A DNA stretch of 64,000 nt from Candidatus Magasanikiibacteriota bacterium (lineage in GTDB: Bacteria; Patescibacteriota; Patescibacteriia; Magasanikbacterales; GWA2-37-8): the NCBI GenBank assembly GCA_030650025.1, contig JAUSEN010000005.1:3631-67630 (forward strand), written 5' to 3'. This document shows, piece by piece, positions 49,370 through 58,783 of the stretch. Every line of letters begins with the position of its first letter. The first letter of the stretch is position 1. The notes under the pieces were generated by a model. It was not told the DNA's origin. It did no database searches and was given only the letters and a program-made list of their open reading frames with translations. A program made the translations under genes and the position numbers.

Positions 49370-49602
49370 ATTTGCAGATATATATTGCTCCCGTGCACCA
49401 CAAGGGTGCACGGCCATGAACCCTTGTGGTTCATGGTTCCAGATGAGCTAAGGGCCCTGCTTCGCTAAAGCTTCGCAGGGTAAACCCCAGAAGCCCTGAC
49501 TTTAGTTGGTATAATTTATCAGCAATTAACAGAAAAGTCAATCAGTGCTATAATTTATTTGGAGGGAAGAAATAATTTATTTTAATTGATATAAACATAA
49601 AT

Positions 49603-50013
49603 ATGAATATAGAATTTATATTTTTGGGGCAGGTGCTTTTGGCGGCGGTACTCGGAGGGCTTTTGGGGTTCCAGCGCGAACGTTTAGGCAAGCCCGCGGG
49701 GCCACGGACATATGCTCTAGTCACAGCCGGGTCGGCCTTATTTACTATTTTGTCTATATATGGGTTTGGGCCGAATGATACGGCGCGAGTGGCCTCAAAT
49801 ATAGTCGTGGGAATGGGGTTTTTGGGAGCCGGCTTAATTTTTCAACGCGATGGCCACATTGATAATCTTACCACTGCCGCTGGGCTGTGGGCTTCGGCGG
49901 CGGTCGGGATGGCGGTCGGCACCGGGCATTATATTTTAGCGGTGGGCGGGGCGGTGATAATGTTGATTTTATTTGCCATTAACGACAGCAAGTTTCGAAA
50001 GCAAGAAAAATAA
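49603..50013 (+). CDS. MgtC/SapB-family membrane protein
   Basis: QRE..KPAGPRT, GMGFLGAG, LTTAAGLW. Confidence 0.9.
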   Translation: MNIEFIFLGQVLLAAVLGGLLGFQRERLGKPAGPRTYALVTAGSALFTILSIYGFGPNDTARVASNIVVGMGFLGAGLIFQRDGHIDNLTTAAGLWASAAVGMAVGTGHYILAVGGAVIMLILFAINDSKFRKQEK

Positions 50014-50132
50014 TAAGTTTGGGTTTAAGCGGTATTCTATAAAATCAAAAAATCTCTTGTAAAAAAGAGGTTTTTTAATTTGTTTAAATTTTACAAATAA
50101 AATCGCCCCTCTCGACAGGCTCGAGGTCTTGT

Positions 50133-50654
50133 TTAATATTTTAAGTAGAAACGACCGAGCCAAAATAGCGCGGCCACCAGGACAAAATCAAAGTGGATGC
50201 GTTTGAGGAGGTTGAGGAAATATAAGATTATTACAAAGGGATAGCCAACGAGAATTAAAGGATTGCGCCAAACGCGCGAATTAGTGGTTTGGAGGAGGGA
50301 TTTGGCGTCGCCAGTTGAAGGAATGGCGTGCATGCCGATGGCAAACCCGAGCCAGAGGTAAAAATATGGTTGCCAAGAAGTAAATGGGGTTTTAACTTGA
50401 GAAAAGCAAAATAAAGTTATTAGAGAGTTGATGATGAGAGGCCCAAACGAAATTAAGACCGCTTGATAAAAATTGTGGGGTTCATCATGCACCACATAGC
50501 CGGCAGTTTTGCCAAATTGAAACAGCTTTATTTTGTGAATTTTTACGCCGGCGAGCAAACAAAAAACCAGGTGCCCAAACTCGTGGACCATAACGCCCGG
50601 CGCGGTAAAGAGAGAGTAGAAATAATACCAAGCCATAAATAATATTTTATTCAT
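50133..50654 (-). CDS. Membrane zinc metalloprotease-like protein
   Basis: PGVMVHEFGH, GP, PSTGD motifs. Confidence 0.7.
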   Translation of the reverse strand: MNKILFMAWYYFYSLFTAPGVMVHEFGHLVFCLLAGVKIHKIKLFQFGKTAGYVVHDEPHNFYQAVLISFGPLIINSLITLFCFSQVKTPFTSWQPYFYLWLGFAIGMHAIPSTGDAKSLLQTTNSRVWRNPLILVGYPFVIILYFLNLLKRIHFDFVLVAALFWLGRFYLKY

Positions 50655-50727
50655 AATGTCGTGAATACCCCCTCGCTTTTCTCGGCCCCCGCCCAGGGCG
50701 GGCTCGGGGCGACCCGCCTCGGGCGGG

Positions 50728-52047
50728 TCAAACCCGCTCGGGAATATTCACGACATTATTTTTTGAGGCAATTACTAATCCAGCGATTATCCAAAATAAA
50801 AACGCTAGATCATTTTTAAAATAGGGCACGTCTATTAGGCCGTGAATTAAGATGGCGATGAGGCCAGCGCAAAGCGCGGCGGCGAAAATGTTTTGTTTAT
50901 TAGCGGCGCGCCAACTGTATTGTAGCAAAGTAAAGAGGAGTAGTAAAAAAGCGGTGGCTCCGAGGAGGCCAATTTCGCTCCAGAAGTTAAGCAAAATATT
51001 ATGGGGGTAAATAAGGCGCTCTAGTTCTGCGGGGTTATAGAGCGGTTTTTCGATCTTGCGAAAATATTGGCGGATGCCAGCGCCAAAAATAAAGTTTTTG
51101 GGAGTAGCGGTGAGAAAGGTGGCAGTGTGGCTCCAGAGTAATAACCGATTATTGCCAGAGCGGATTTTTGTGGAGAATTTAGCGCGCAAAGCCGAATTAT
51201 TTAACCCTAGGAAAGAAATGGCGATTATGACTAAAGCATAGACGAGGAGGTGTTTGAAAATTTTGGGGCGATTTTTAGAGTTTAAGAAAAACCAAACTGA
51301 TAAGCCAGCCACGAGGGCGATAGCGCCGCCATATGATTGGCTGAAGATAAGGGCAGCACAGCCAAGAATGAAGGCGAACAGAGTTAGGAAAAAATATTTT
51401 TTTTGGTTAGTTTGCTTAAAATTTTTAAGAAGTGAGAGGGAGAGCATTAAAATTGGAACAAGATATAAGGCGAGGGCATTGGGAGATGTAAAATAGCCGA
51501 CCGCGCGGCCGCGAGTGATGTCATCCCAAAGGCTCGGCGGGTAGAGATTGCCAGAAAGACTTTGGATAATGGCGACGATGCTAAGGGGAATGGTGGAAGT
51601 GAGAAGAGCGGCGACGATGTTTTTTGACATCTCCCCCGACTCCTCCTTGTTAGGAGGGGGGGCGAGGCGGCCGATTAACACCAAGCAAAACAACATGGGT
51701 TCGAGAAAATAGGCGCGCCACTGGCCGAGCGAGTACCACCACATGTCAGAAACAAAAATACCAGATATTGAAGCCAAAAAAAACACCGCTAGAGAAGCGG
51801 CAAAAAATTTGTTAGCCGAAAAGAATTGTTTAATCTTCGGCCAATCGGCGCGGGCGTATTTAATAAGCCAGACAAGAAAAATTATGCCAAAGCTTACTTC
51901 GAGGAGCGTGGTGGGCAGACCCACAATAGTAAAACGAATCAAATAACCGGGGAGAAGCAGGATAAAAATAAAAAGCGCGGAGCGAAAATTGCGCCAGGCG
52001 AGGTACGCAAGCAGTAAGCAGTAAGCAGTAAGCGCTAGGTAAGGCAT
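50728..52047 (-). CDS. O-antigen ligase (Wzy_C) family protein
   Basis: SPNALA, R..LW, YPHN..LNFWSEIGLLG, HGLID. Confidence 0.85.
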   Translation of the reverse strand: MPYLALTAYCLLLAYLAWRNFRSALFIFILLLPGYLIRFTIVGLPTTLLEVSFGIIFLVWLIKYARADWPKIKQFFSANKFFAASLAVFFLASISGIFVSDMWWYSLGQWRAYFLEPMLFCLVLIGRLAPPPNKEESGEMSKNIVAALLTSTIPLSIVAIIQSLSGNLYPPSLWDDITRGRAVGYFTSPNALALYLVPILMLSLSLLKNFKQTNQKKYFFLTLFAFILGCAALIFSQSYGGAIALVAGLSVWFFLNSKNRPKIFKHLLVYALVIIAISFLGLNNSALRAKFSTKIRSGNNRLLLWSHTATFLTATPKNFIFGAGIRQYFRKIEKPLYNPAELERLIYPHNILLNFWSEIGLLGATAFLLLLFTLLQYSWRAANKQNIFAAALCAGLIAILIHGLIDVPYFKNDLAFLFWIIAGLVIASKNNVVNIPERV

Positions 52048-52066
52048 TTTTGAACAATTAATAAGA

Positions 52067-52819
52067 TTAAGATATTTCTTCAAAGGGTAAGTTTTTGATA
52101 AGGGTTTCAATGTCGCTGTCTTCTACCGGGCGTGAAAAATAGATTTGTCTCATTTCCGCCTCTTTCTGCGTGGCAATCACCAGCCAATTATTTTTGATGC
52201 TTGTTTTAGTAACCGGTCGGCGAATTTCTTTTTGTTTAATATAGCCAATGATTTCCGGCAGATTAATAGTAAAATCACGTAGCAGTGAAAATAAGTCATA
52301 AAAATCTCGGTAACGCGCCCGGTCGCTCATGGCGCGGATTTTTTCCGCCGCCACTTCTCTTATATCCATCACGTTTACCTCAAAATCAAGACCCCAGACA
52401 TTGCGGTATTTTTTCTTTTGGGGCGGGAGGAGGACGTTCTGCAAAAAATCTATGTCCACTTTTATGTAATTTGGCTGGACAAGCGGGCCGGTGTACTGCA
52501 AATTTTGAATTTTTATAGTCGCCCCGGATATATAGTCCCGTTTGATTTTTAAATAGTCTACCTCGGCAAACATGCCGCGCGCCTCCCCGAGCGTCAATGG
52601 TTTTTTGTCGGCGGAAAAATCCAAATCTTCGGAAAAACGGTATTGTTCAAGATAGCAATGGTGCAGGGCCGTTCCGCCTTTAAAGATTAGGCGCGCGCCG
52701 ACCGGGGACTCGGCGATGATTTGTAGAATTACGGCTAAAAAATAATCCTTCTCCGCAATCTGTAAAGGATACCTAAGCGTGCGGCGGTTGATAATTTCTA
52801 ATTGTTGTCTCGTAATCAT
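52067..52819 (-). CDS. Type IV TA toxin, AbiEii nucleotidyltransferase
   Basis: EKDY, FKGGTAL, RFSEDLDF, EKI...RDFYD. Confidence 0.92.
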   Translation of the reverse strand: MITRQQLEIINRRTLRYPLQIAEKDYFLAVILQIIAESPVGARLIFKGGTALHHCYLEQYRFSEDLDFSADKKPLTLGEARGMFAEVDYLKIKRDYISGATIKIQNLQYTGPLVQPNYIKVDIDFLQNVLLPPQKKKYRNVWGLDFEVNVMDIREVAAEKIRAMSDRARYRDFYDLFSLLRDFTINLPEIIGYIKQKEIRRPVTKTSIKNNWLVIATQKEAEMRQIYFSRPVEDSDIETLIKNLPFEEIS

Positions 52820-52824
52820 AGGGG

Positions 52825-53607
52825 TTATAAAGTCGCGTACTTATTAAAGTACTCATCGTAATACAGCCGCCATTTAGCATTGAATTTTTTGGCGTTGGCC
52901 ACCATGCGATGGGCGCCATCTTGATTTTTTACCAACGTAAACAAATCAGAAGAGTCAATGCCGAGCAGATCAAATATAAATCCAAAAATCTTGACTGTGG
53001 TAGTGGAAAATTTTTTTAAGTGTTCAACGAGTGCGGCAAAGTCGATGTTGTTTTTGTATTCGCGCAATTTTTCAATTACCAGGTCGATCGCATAAACGCT
53101 CTTATGAAAGTTTACAATGTCAATCAGGGCCTTTTCGGCTGTGGCAACGCGCGCGGTTTTATTTTCTATCGCAACTTCTTGCCAGCCGAAATAATACGCC
53201 GCCTTAGTTTTGATGAAGCTGTATTCAATATCCTGTAATTTTGCCGTCTTGTATCGTTTGAGCGAGACTGAAACGACTTTGTTGGTAAGTTGATCGAACA
53301 TGCCATGATGATGGAGCGCCGACTCAAAGGAAACATAGGAATCCGCGTTCAGCAGGTTCGCGACAACATAGGAAGATAGCGACAAAAAGCCGCGGCCGCT
53401 AAGATCGGAAATCATGTACAACCCTTTTTTAATCCGGATAAGCCAGCCTTGCTTGGCAAGCGCGCTGATAAAATATTCCGTCTGTTTGTGGTTCAAAAGA
53501 TTACCGGTTTCGGCATAAATATTTTGAACACTGATGATTTGTCCATGCTTAATAATCAAGTTCTCCAATATTTCAGTATTTTTAGCAGAAATTTGAGTAT
53601 ATTTCAT
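52825..53607 (-). CDS. Type IV TA antitoxin, AbiEi family
   Basis: LIRIKKGLY, YVSFESALHHHG, EKALID. Confidence 0.88.
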   Translation of the reverse strand: MKYTQISAKNTEILENLIIKHGQIISVQNIYAETGNLLNHKQTEYFISALAKQGWLIRIKKGLYMISDLSGRGFLSLSSYVVANLLNADSYVSFESALHHHGMFDQLTNKVVSVSLKRYKTAKLQDIEYSFIKTKAAYYFGWQEVAIENKTARVATAEKALIDIVNFHKSVYAIDLVIEKLREYKNNIDFAALVEHLKKFSTTTVKIFGFIFDLLGIDSSDLFTLVKNQDGAHRMVANAKKFNAKWRLYYDEYFNKYATL

Positions 53608-53694
53608 ATATTCAAAACCTTAAATTATTAGGTATATCTATACATAGAATACACTAAAGTTTTGATATGGTCAATAGCCATTTGACATAGCCCC

Positions 53695-53962
53695 TTGACA
53701 AAACTCCTATTTTATGCTATACTTTGCTGTTATGATTGTAGCGAAATAGTAGTCCTTTTTACAATTATCCCAGTTTTCCTTTTAGATTTTACAAATGGCA
53801 CCGGCTACGGCTTGTGCATGAGAAATCTCTCCACTTCGTTACTTCAGAATGCGATCGGCTAAGGTTTGCCGCAGAGCAAGGATGAAGTGAGAAAATGAAG
53901 ATACTCGGTGCAATGTGTTAGCGCGCTCAAGACGCGGAATACGATTCAACCCCAAGAGTATT
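53695..53962 (+). ncRNA. Candidate structured non-coding RNA with consensus promoter
   Basis: TTGACA-17-TATACT, then ~230 nt with no credible ORF and several stems. Confidence 0.4.
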
Positions 53963-54741
53963 CAAGGGGTGGTTTCGGTTTCCATGGGGCGGCTAATACT
54001 CCAGAGCAAATTAAATAGTTGCAACATCATTTGAGACAAGACCGGGCTAGTTATGACCACCGCGGTGCCTTCGGCGCGAGTAGTAAAGATGGCCACGGTT
54101 TGCTTCCAGAAAAATATTGAGGCTTCAAAAGTTAATTCGCGTGGCAAGAATTTGGCCTCGCGCAGTTCGCGTTGATGAGAGGCTCGCGAATATTTTTTTA
54201 TTTCCTCGACCTCGACGCGCAGGCTTTTCAGGCTAATATTTTTTTCCACACGGCGTTTGGTAAAATGGTACTTCTCGCCTAAAATATCCTGAATTTGGCG
54301 CGGAGCGACTATTTCGTAAACCGTGACTGGTTTGGCCGCGAACAAATCATCAAAAATATCGTTGAATCTTTCCCGATAGTAAATTTTAACCGCCGCCTCG
54401 GTAGTATGCTCTTTTTTTAGCGTTTCTAAAAGAGGCACGATTTTTTGGATTTCTTCCAATTTTTTTTCTAAGATTTTTTTAAGATGTTTCGGTTCATGCG
54501 CCGTATAAATATGGCGGGAGGCATGTTTGGTAGCAAAAACTAGTCCGTCGTTATATAGACGCTTAATAATAGACTCGGCGGTGGTGGGGCGGAGCCTGGC
54601 TTTTCTCGCGAGAGGGGTTGTGGTGCTGGGGCCGAGGCTAAGAAGAGCGAGGTAAACCAGCTGTTCTTTGTCTCTAAGCCCAAATGACGATAACACTTCG
54701 GTTATTTCTTGTTTTTGGGCGACAGATAAAGGCATGGACAA
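53962..54741 (-). CDS. TrmB-family transcriptional regulator (copy 4)
   Basis: FGLRDKEQLVYLALL, VKIYY, LFNLLW. Confidence 0.85.
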   Translation of the reverse strand: MSMPLSVAQKQEITEVLSSFGLRDKEQLVYLALLSLGPSTTTPLARKARLRPTTAESIIKRLYNDGLVFATKHASRHIYTAHEPKHLKKILEKKLEEIQKIVPLLETLKKEHTTEAAVKIYYRERFNDIFDDLFAAKPVTVYEIVAPRQIQDILGEKYHFTKRRVEKNISLKSLRVEVEEIKKYSRASHQRELREAKFLPRELTFEASIFFWKQTVAIFTTRAEGTAVVITSPVLSQMMLQLFNLLWSISRPMETETTP

Positions 54742-54933
54742 TTATTTAAGTAGTATCTACGAGATTTTTCGTAGTTATTAAACACTAAATATAGCCTTAT
54801 TTTAGCGTTAATTTTTTAGTTAGTCAAGTTATCCACATATTTTCATGGAGAAGTTATTTGGGGAATTGTAAAGTACAGGCGTAATCGGTTACAGCGTTCT
54901 TTACAACCAAACACCAAACCAAGGAGAAGACCA

Positions 54934-55434
54934 GTGAAAAATAAGAAGAAGGTGGAGCGCTCGGGAAAGATCATTCGGACGGTTGACGTGGTGCTGTCCG
55001 ATGAGAAGCGCGTGCTTCTGATTCGGCGGGCGAAGCCGCCGTTCCTGGACAAGCTCGTTCTCCCGGGTGGCCACAAGGAAAAGGCTGACCGGACCATGAT
55101 CGCGGCGGCTCAGCGCGAGATGCGCGAGGAGGTGGGGCTCGAAATCGACGCCGGTCGGTTCCAGTTCCTTTGCACGCTCGATACGCCCGGGCGAGATCCG
55201 CGCCCGGGGAGGAGGGTGTCAACGGTGTTCTACGTCGAGCTCAAGCCCGAGGAGCTCGACCGGGCCAAGGCGGGTGATGACGCCGCCGAAGTCATTCTGC
55301 ACGAAACGGAGAATTCGCTCGACAGCGAGACGCTCGGGTTCGATCACTTCGACGCGATCGCCACCTATTACAACTACCGAAACTTGCTCGATTCGTTCGA
55401 AGAAGATGACGGCTGGCCCGGTACCATCTTCTAG
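54934..55434 (+). CDS. NUDIX hydrolase (ADP-ribose pyrophosphatase-like), GC-rich
   Basis: LPGG..REMREEVG, GRDPR, AGDDA; AAGGAG upstream of GTG. Confidence 0.9.
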   Translation: MKNKKKVERSGKIIRTVDVVLSDEKRVLLIRRAKPPFLDKLVLPGGHKEKADRTMIAAAQREMREEVGLEIDAGRFQFLCTLDTPGRDPRPGRRVSTVFYVELKPEELDRAKAGDDAAEVILHETENSLDSETLGFDHFDAIATYYNYRNLLDSFEEDDGWPGTIF

Positions 55435-55569
55435 TTCTAGAAAATTGTTCTTTTTTAGCCTCCCCGAGCGGCTTATAATAGCTCGGGACTAAACAAAGTG
55501 CATTTTGTCAGAACAAAAAACTTCGGTTTGAAAGCCGATGGTTTTTTGATTATAAATATTTTTAAATTT

Positions 55570-56865
55570 TTAATATCTGTAATGATCAGGTTTGAAGGGA
55601 CCGTTTTGGCCAAGGCCTAGATAGCTGGCCTGTTTTTTGGTAAGTTTAGTTAGTTTAACGCCAAGTTTTGGCAGATGTAAGCGCGCCACTTCTTCGTCTA
55701 GTTCTTTGGGCAAAACATACACCCAACCATTTTTATATTCGCCTTTATTGTTCCAAATGGCGAGCTGGGCGAGAACTTGGTTGGTAAAGCTGGTGGACAT
55801 GACAAAACTGGGGTGGCCGTGGGCATTGCCGAGGTTAACGAGGCGGCCGCGCGAGAGCAAAATTATACATTTACCATTTGGCCACGTAAATTTGTCTACC
55901 TGCGGTTTAATATTTTCTTCTTTGATTTTTTTGTCCGCGGTAAGAGTAGCGACGTCGATTTCGCTATCAAAGTGCCCAATGTTGCAGACAATGGCCCCAT
56001 CTTTCATAGCATCCAGGTGTTTTTTGGTGATGACGTCGCAACAGCCGGTGGCAGTAACAAAAATGTCAGCTATTCCCGCGACTTCTTCCATTGATAAGAC
56101 TTCGTAGCCTTCCATGGCCGCTTGGAGCGCGTTGATGGGGTCAATTTCGGTAACAATGACGCGGGCGCCATAGCCGCGCATACTTTGCGCGCAGCCTTTA
56201 CCCACGTCACCAAAGCCTGCGATGACTATGGTTTTGCCAGCGAGCATAATGTCCGTGGCGCGCTTGAGTCCGTCTGCTAAACTTTCGCGACAACCGTATT
56301 TATTGTCGAATTTAGATTTAGTAACCGAGTCATTGACGTTAATGGCCACGGTGCCGAGAGTCTTTTTTTCCATCATTTGATACAGGCGATGTACGCCAGT
56401 AGTAGTTTCTTCGGATACGCCTTTGATTTCTTTTAGCATCTTGGGGTGTTTTTCGTGGACAAGTACGGTGAGGTCGCCGCCGTCATCCAGCAATAAATTA
56501 GGGCCTTTTCCGCCCGCGAATTTAAGCGACTCTTCCACGCACCACCAATACTCTTTTTCCGTTTCGCCCTTCCAGGCGAACACCGGAATGCCGGCTTTGG
56601 CCACGGCGGCCGCGGCTTCGTCTTGGGTGGAAAAAATATTGCACGAAGACCAACGGACTTCGGCGCCGAGCGCAACTAGAGTTTCAATTAAAACCGCGGT
56701 TTGAGTAGTCATGTGGAGGCACCCGGCAATGCGCGCCCCGGCGAGGGGCTTTTGATCGCTATATTTTTTGCGTAGGCTCATGAGGCCCGGCATTTCTTTT
56801 TCAGCGAGAATAATTTGTTTGCGCCCAGCGGCGGCCAATTTTATATCGGCAACTTTGTAGCTCAT
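55570..56865 (-). CDS. ahcY: Adenosylhomocysteinase
   Basis: [38 protein letters not shown]. Confidence 0.97.
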   Translation of the reverse strand: MSYKVADIKLAAAGRKQIILAEKEMPGLMSLRKKYSDQKPLAGARIAGCLHMTTQTAVLIETLVALGAEVRWSSCNIFSTQDEAAAAVAKAGIPVFAWKGETEKEYWWCVEESLKFAGGKGPNLLLDDGGDLTVLVHEKHPKMLKEIKGVSEETTTGVHRLYQMMEKKTLGTVAINVNDSVTKSKFDNKYGCRESLADGLKRATDIMLAGKTIVIAGFGDVGKGCAQSMRGYGARVIVTEIDPINALQAAMEGYEVLSMEEVAGIADIFVTATGCCDVITKKHLDAMKDGAIVCNIGHFDSEIDVATLTADKKIKEENIKPQVDKFTWPNGKCIILLSRGRLVNLGNAHGHPSFVMSTSFTNQVLAQLAIWNNKGEYKNGWVYVLPKELDEEVARLHLPKLGVKLTKLTKKQASYLGLGQNGPFKPDHYRY

Positions 56866-56972
56866 AGTTTTTATTTTTTAATCTTTAAATGACCAGCATC
56901 CAGTAGTTTTTGCATATCTGTTATTGATAAATAATTGGTCATAGGTTGATTTGTTTATTCTTTTTGCCGCAC

Positions 56973-57413
56973 TTATCCTTGTTTCGCTCGCCAATCTTCC
57001 AGTAAATCTTTAGGCAAAACAATTTTGAGACCCCAGAGCTGGCATTGTTGTTTTACTTTTGGCGTGTGAAAATCTTTTCTATCTAGCGTGCATAGCGCCT
57101 CGGCGGAGCAGAACAGGGCGGCGGCCAGGATGGGCGCGTCTTTTAACGGCATCAAGTTGTGCGCGTGTTGAATAAGTCCAGTACTCGGTGGGTGAACCAC
57201 CGTAAGTAGCGGGCTCGTGATAAGCGCGCTAAACTCTTCGCGCTTGGCCGGGAGTTTGGTAGCAACATTAATCCGGGCCTCGGCAATGGCATAGGCGCTG
57301 GTTACCAATTGCCAGCGGGCGTCTTTTTCGGCCACGCGCCACAGATATCGTGAGCCACCACTCTCGCTGCCAGCGGCGGCCACTAAAATGTTGGCGTCAA
57401 GAAAAATTTTCAC
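56973..57413 (-). CDS. PIN-domain (VapC-like) toxin
   Basis: IFLDANIL, KDAPILAAA, TLDRKDF. Confidence 0.88.
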   Translation of the reverse strand: MKIFLDANILVAAAGSESGGSRYLWRVAEKDARWQLVTSAYAIAEARINVATKLPAKREEFSALITSPLLTVVHPPSTGLIQHAHNLMPLKDAPILAAALFCSAEALCTLDRKDFHTPKVKQQCQLWGLKIVLPKDLLEDWRAKQG

Positions 57414-57417
57414 ACGT

Positions 57418-57651
57418 TTATTTCAAAAGACGGTCCAAGTCACGCTTTAAGCCGGTCGGCAGAGCGTCTTTTTTAAGCAATCGGCCAATTTCTGCGTTTG
57501 AATACAACGCCGCCTCGGTGTTGGTGTAGAATGTAAATGAGTCGCGGAGCAGCCCAGAAACGCTGGTGCGGCGGCGGTTAGCTTCGTTTTTAAGGCGCCG
57601 AAAGAACGGCCGGGGAACGGTGATGGTGAGCGGTTGAAAAGCACTTTGCAT
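57418..57651 (-). CDS. RHH/CopG-like antitoxin
   Basis: LTITVP...SVSGLLRD; immediately upstream of PIN gene. Confidence 0.75.
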   Translation of the reverse strand: MQSAFQPLTITVPRPFFRRLKNEANRRRTSVSGLLRDSFTFYTNTEAALYSNAEIGRLLKKDALPTGLKRDLDRLLK

Positions 57652-57727
57652 AAGAATAAATGACTATGTATTGAATATGTATTTATTATAGTTTAATTAG
57701 TGGGAGTTGTCAAGGGTAAACGCCTGG

Positions 57728-58672
57728 TTACAATCCCAATTTCTCTCCATACGTTTTTTCGTAGCGTTCGGCAAATTCAATCTTAGTAAACGTGTGCGCC
57801 TGGGTGCCGTAGGTTTCAATTGCGAAGCTGGCCGCCACTGCCCCCATTTGGCCGCAGGTTTTAAGCGGAAGAGAGTGTTCATAACCAGCGCAGAACCCGG
57901 CGCGGTAGGCATCGCCAGCGCCGGTGGGGTCGTCCACGGAATTTGGTTTACAAGGAGCAATGGCGATAATTTGGCCATCTTGTGTAGATATGACGGAGCC
58001 TTTGGCGCCGAGCGTGGTAATAATTAGGTCCGATGATTTTAAAATATCAGCTGTGGTTAGGCCGCTTTGTTTTTCGAGAAGCCTAATTTCGTAATCGTTC
58101 CCAATCACTATATTAGCCTGCCCTAAGCAGGCGGTAAGTTCTTCAGATTTGAAAGCGGTCAATTGTTGGCCGGGGTCAAATACAGTGGTCCAGCCCAAGG
58201 AGCGGCTCTCGCGCAAGTGTTTTATCATCACATCTTTGTTAGTGGGCGATATTAAAGCCAAGGTAACAGATTTTTGGAGCGGTCGAAAGTCCAAGCTGGC
58301 CGCTAAATCGAGCGGGCCGTTATAAAAAGCGGTTACTTGATTGTCGTCGATGTCGGTCGTGATATAGGCCGAAGCAGTCAGGCGCGCGCTGTCTTTTAAA
58401 ATATATTCCGTATTGATGTTTTTAGTTCGCAGATGCGCCAGGTATTCGCGGCTGTCACTCCCGAGCGCGGAAGCAATTAAAACCTCGTTCCCGAGGAGGC
58501 TTAAAGTATAGGCAATATTACCGGCGGTACCGCCCCAGCTTTTGGCCAGTTTATCCACAGTAAAGCAGACATTAAGAATATGGATTTGGTCCGGTAAAAT
58601 GTGATTTTTGAATGAATCGGGAAAATTCATTATATAATCGTAGGCGAGAGACCCGGAAACTAATATAGCCAT
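57728..58672 (-). CDS. PfkB-family kinase (adenosine-kinase-like)
   Basis: GSLAYD, GGTAGNIA, DPGQQ, DPTGAGDAYRAG; next to ahcY. Confidence 0.88.
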   Translation of the reverse strand: MAILVSGSLAYDYIMNFPDSFKNHILPDQIHILNVCFTVDKLAKSWGGTAGNIAYTLSLLGNEVLIASALGSDSREYLAHLRTKNINTEYILKDSARLTASAYITTDIDDNQVTAFYNGPLDLAASLDFRPLQKSVTLALISPTNKDVMIKHLRESRSLGWTTVFDPGQQLTAFKSEELTACLGQANIVIGNDYEIRLLEKQSGLTTADILKSSDLIITTLGAKGSVISTQDGQIIAIAPCKPNSVDDPTGAGDAYRAGFCAGYEHSLPLKTCGQMGAVAASFAIETYGTQAHTFTKIEFAERYEKTYGEKLGL

Positions 58673-58783
58673 AGAAGTGTATTAAGTAAAGCAGGGTGAT
58701 TGTAACAGAAAAACGGTTAGAATGTCCACTGTTTGTTTATTCCTAGAGAGCAGGGTATAATAAAATATAGTCCAAACAATATT

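Larger units (their letters stand above)
48983..49442. repeat. 56-bp direct repeats (48983-49038, 49387-49442), each with a 46-nt double hairpin
   Basis: gctc-ccgtgcacc acaag ggtgcacgg-ccatgaacc cttgt ggttcatgg-t(a/t)ccag; one mismatch. Confidence 0.92.
48932..49457 (-). pseudogene. Split tRNA-Ala(TGC): 5' piece 49437-49457, 3' piece 48932-48986
   Basis: Joining the pieces gives a canonical 76-nt cloverleaf with CCA: gggccct-ta-gctc-atctggaa-gagc-g-ccgcg-ttTGCaa-tgcgg-aggtg-gtcgg-ttcgagc-ccgac-agggtcc-a-cca. Confidence 0.85.

Noticed and set aside
48987-49436. Group I/II intron in tRNA-Ala
   Set aside because: The interval is fully occupied by an ORF, a tRNA and hairpins, leaving no room for a ribozyme core.
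56866-56972. SAH riboswitch upstream of ahcY
   Set aside because: AT-rich with no recognisable consensus.
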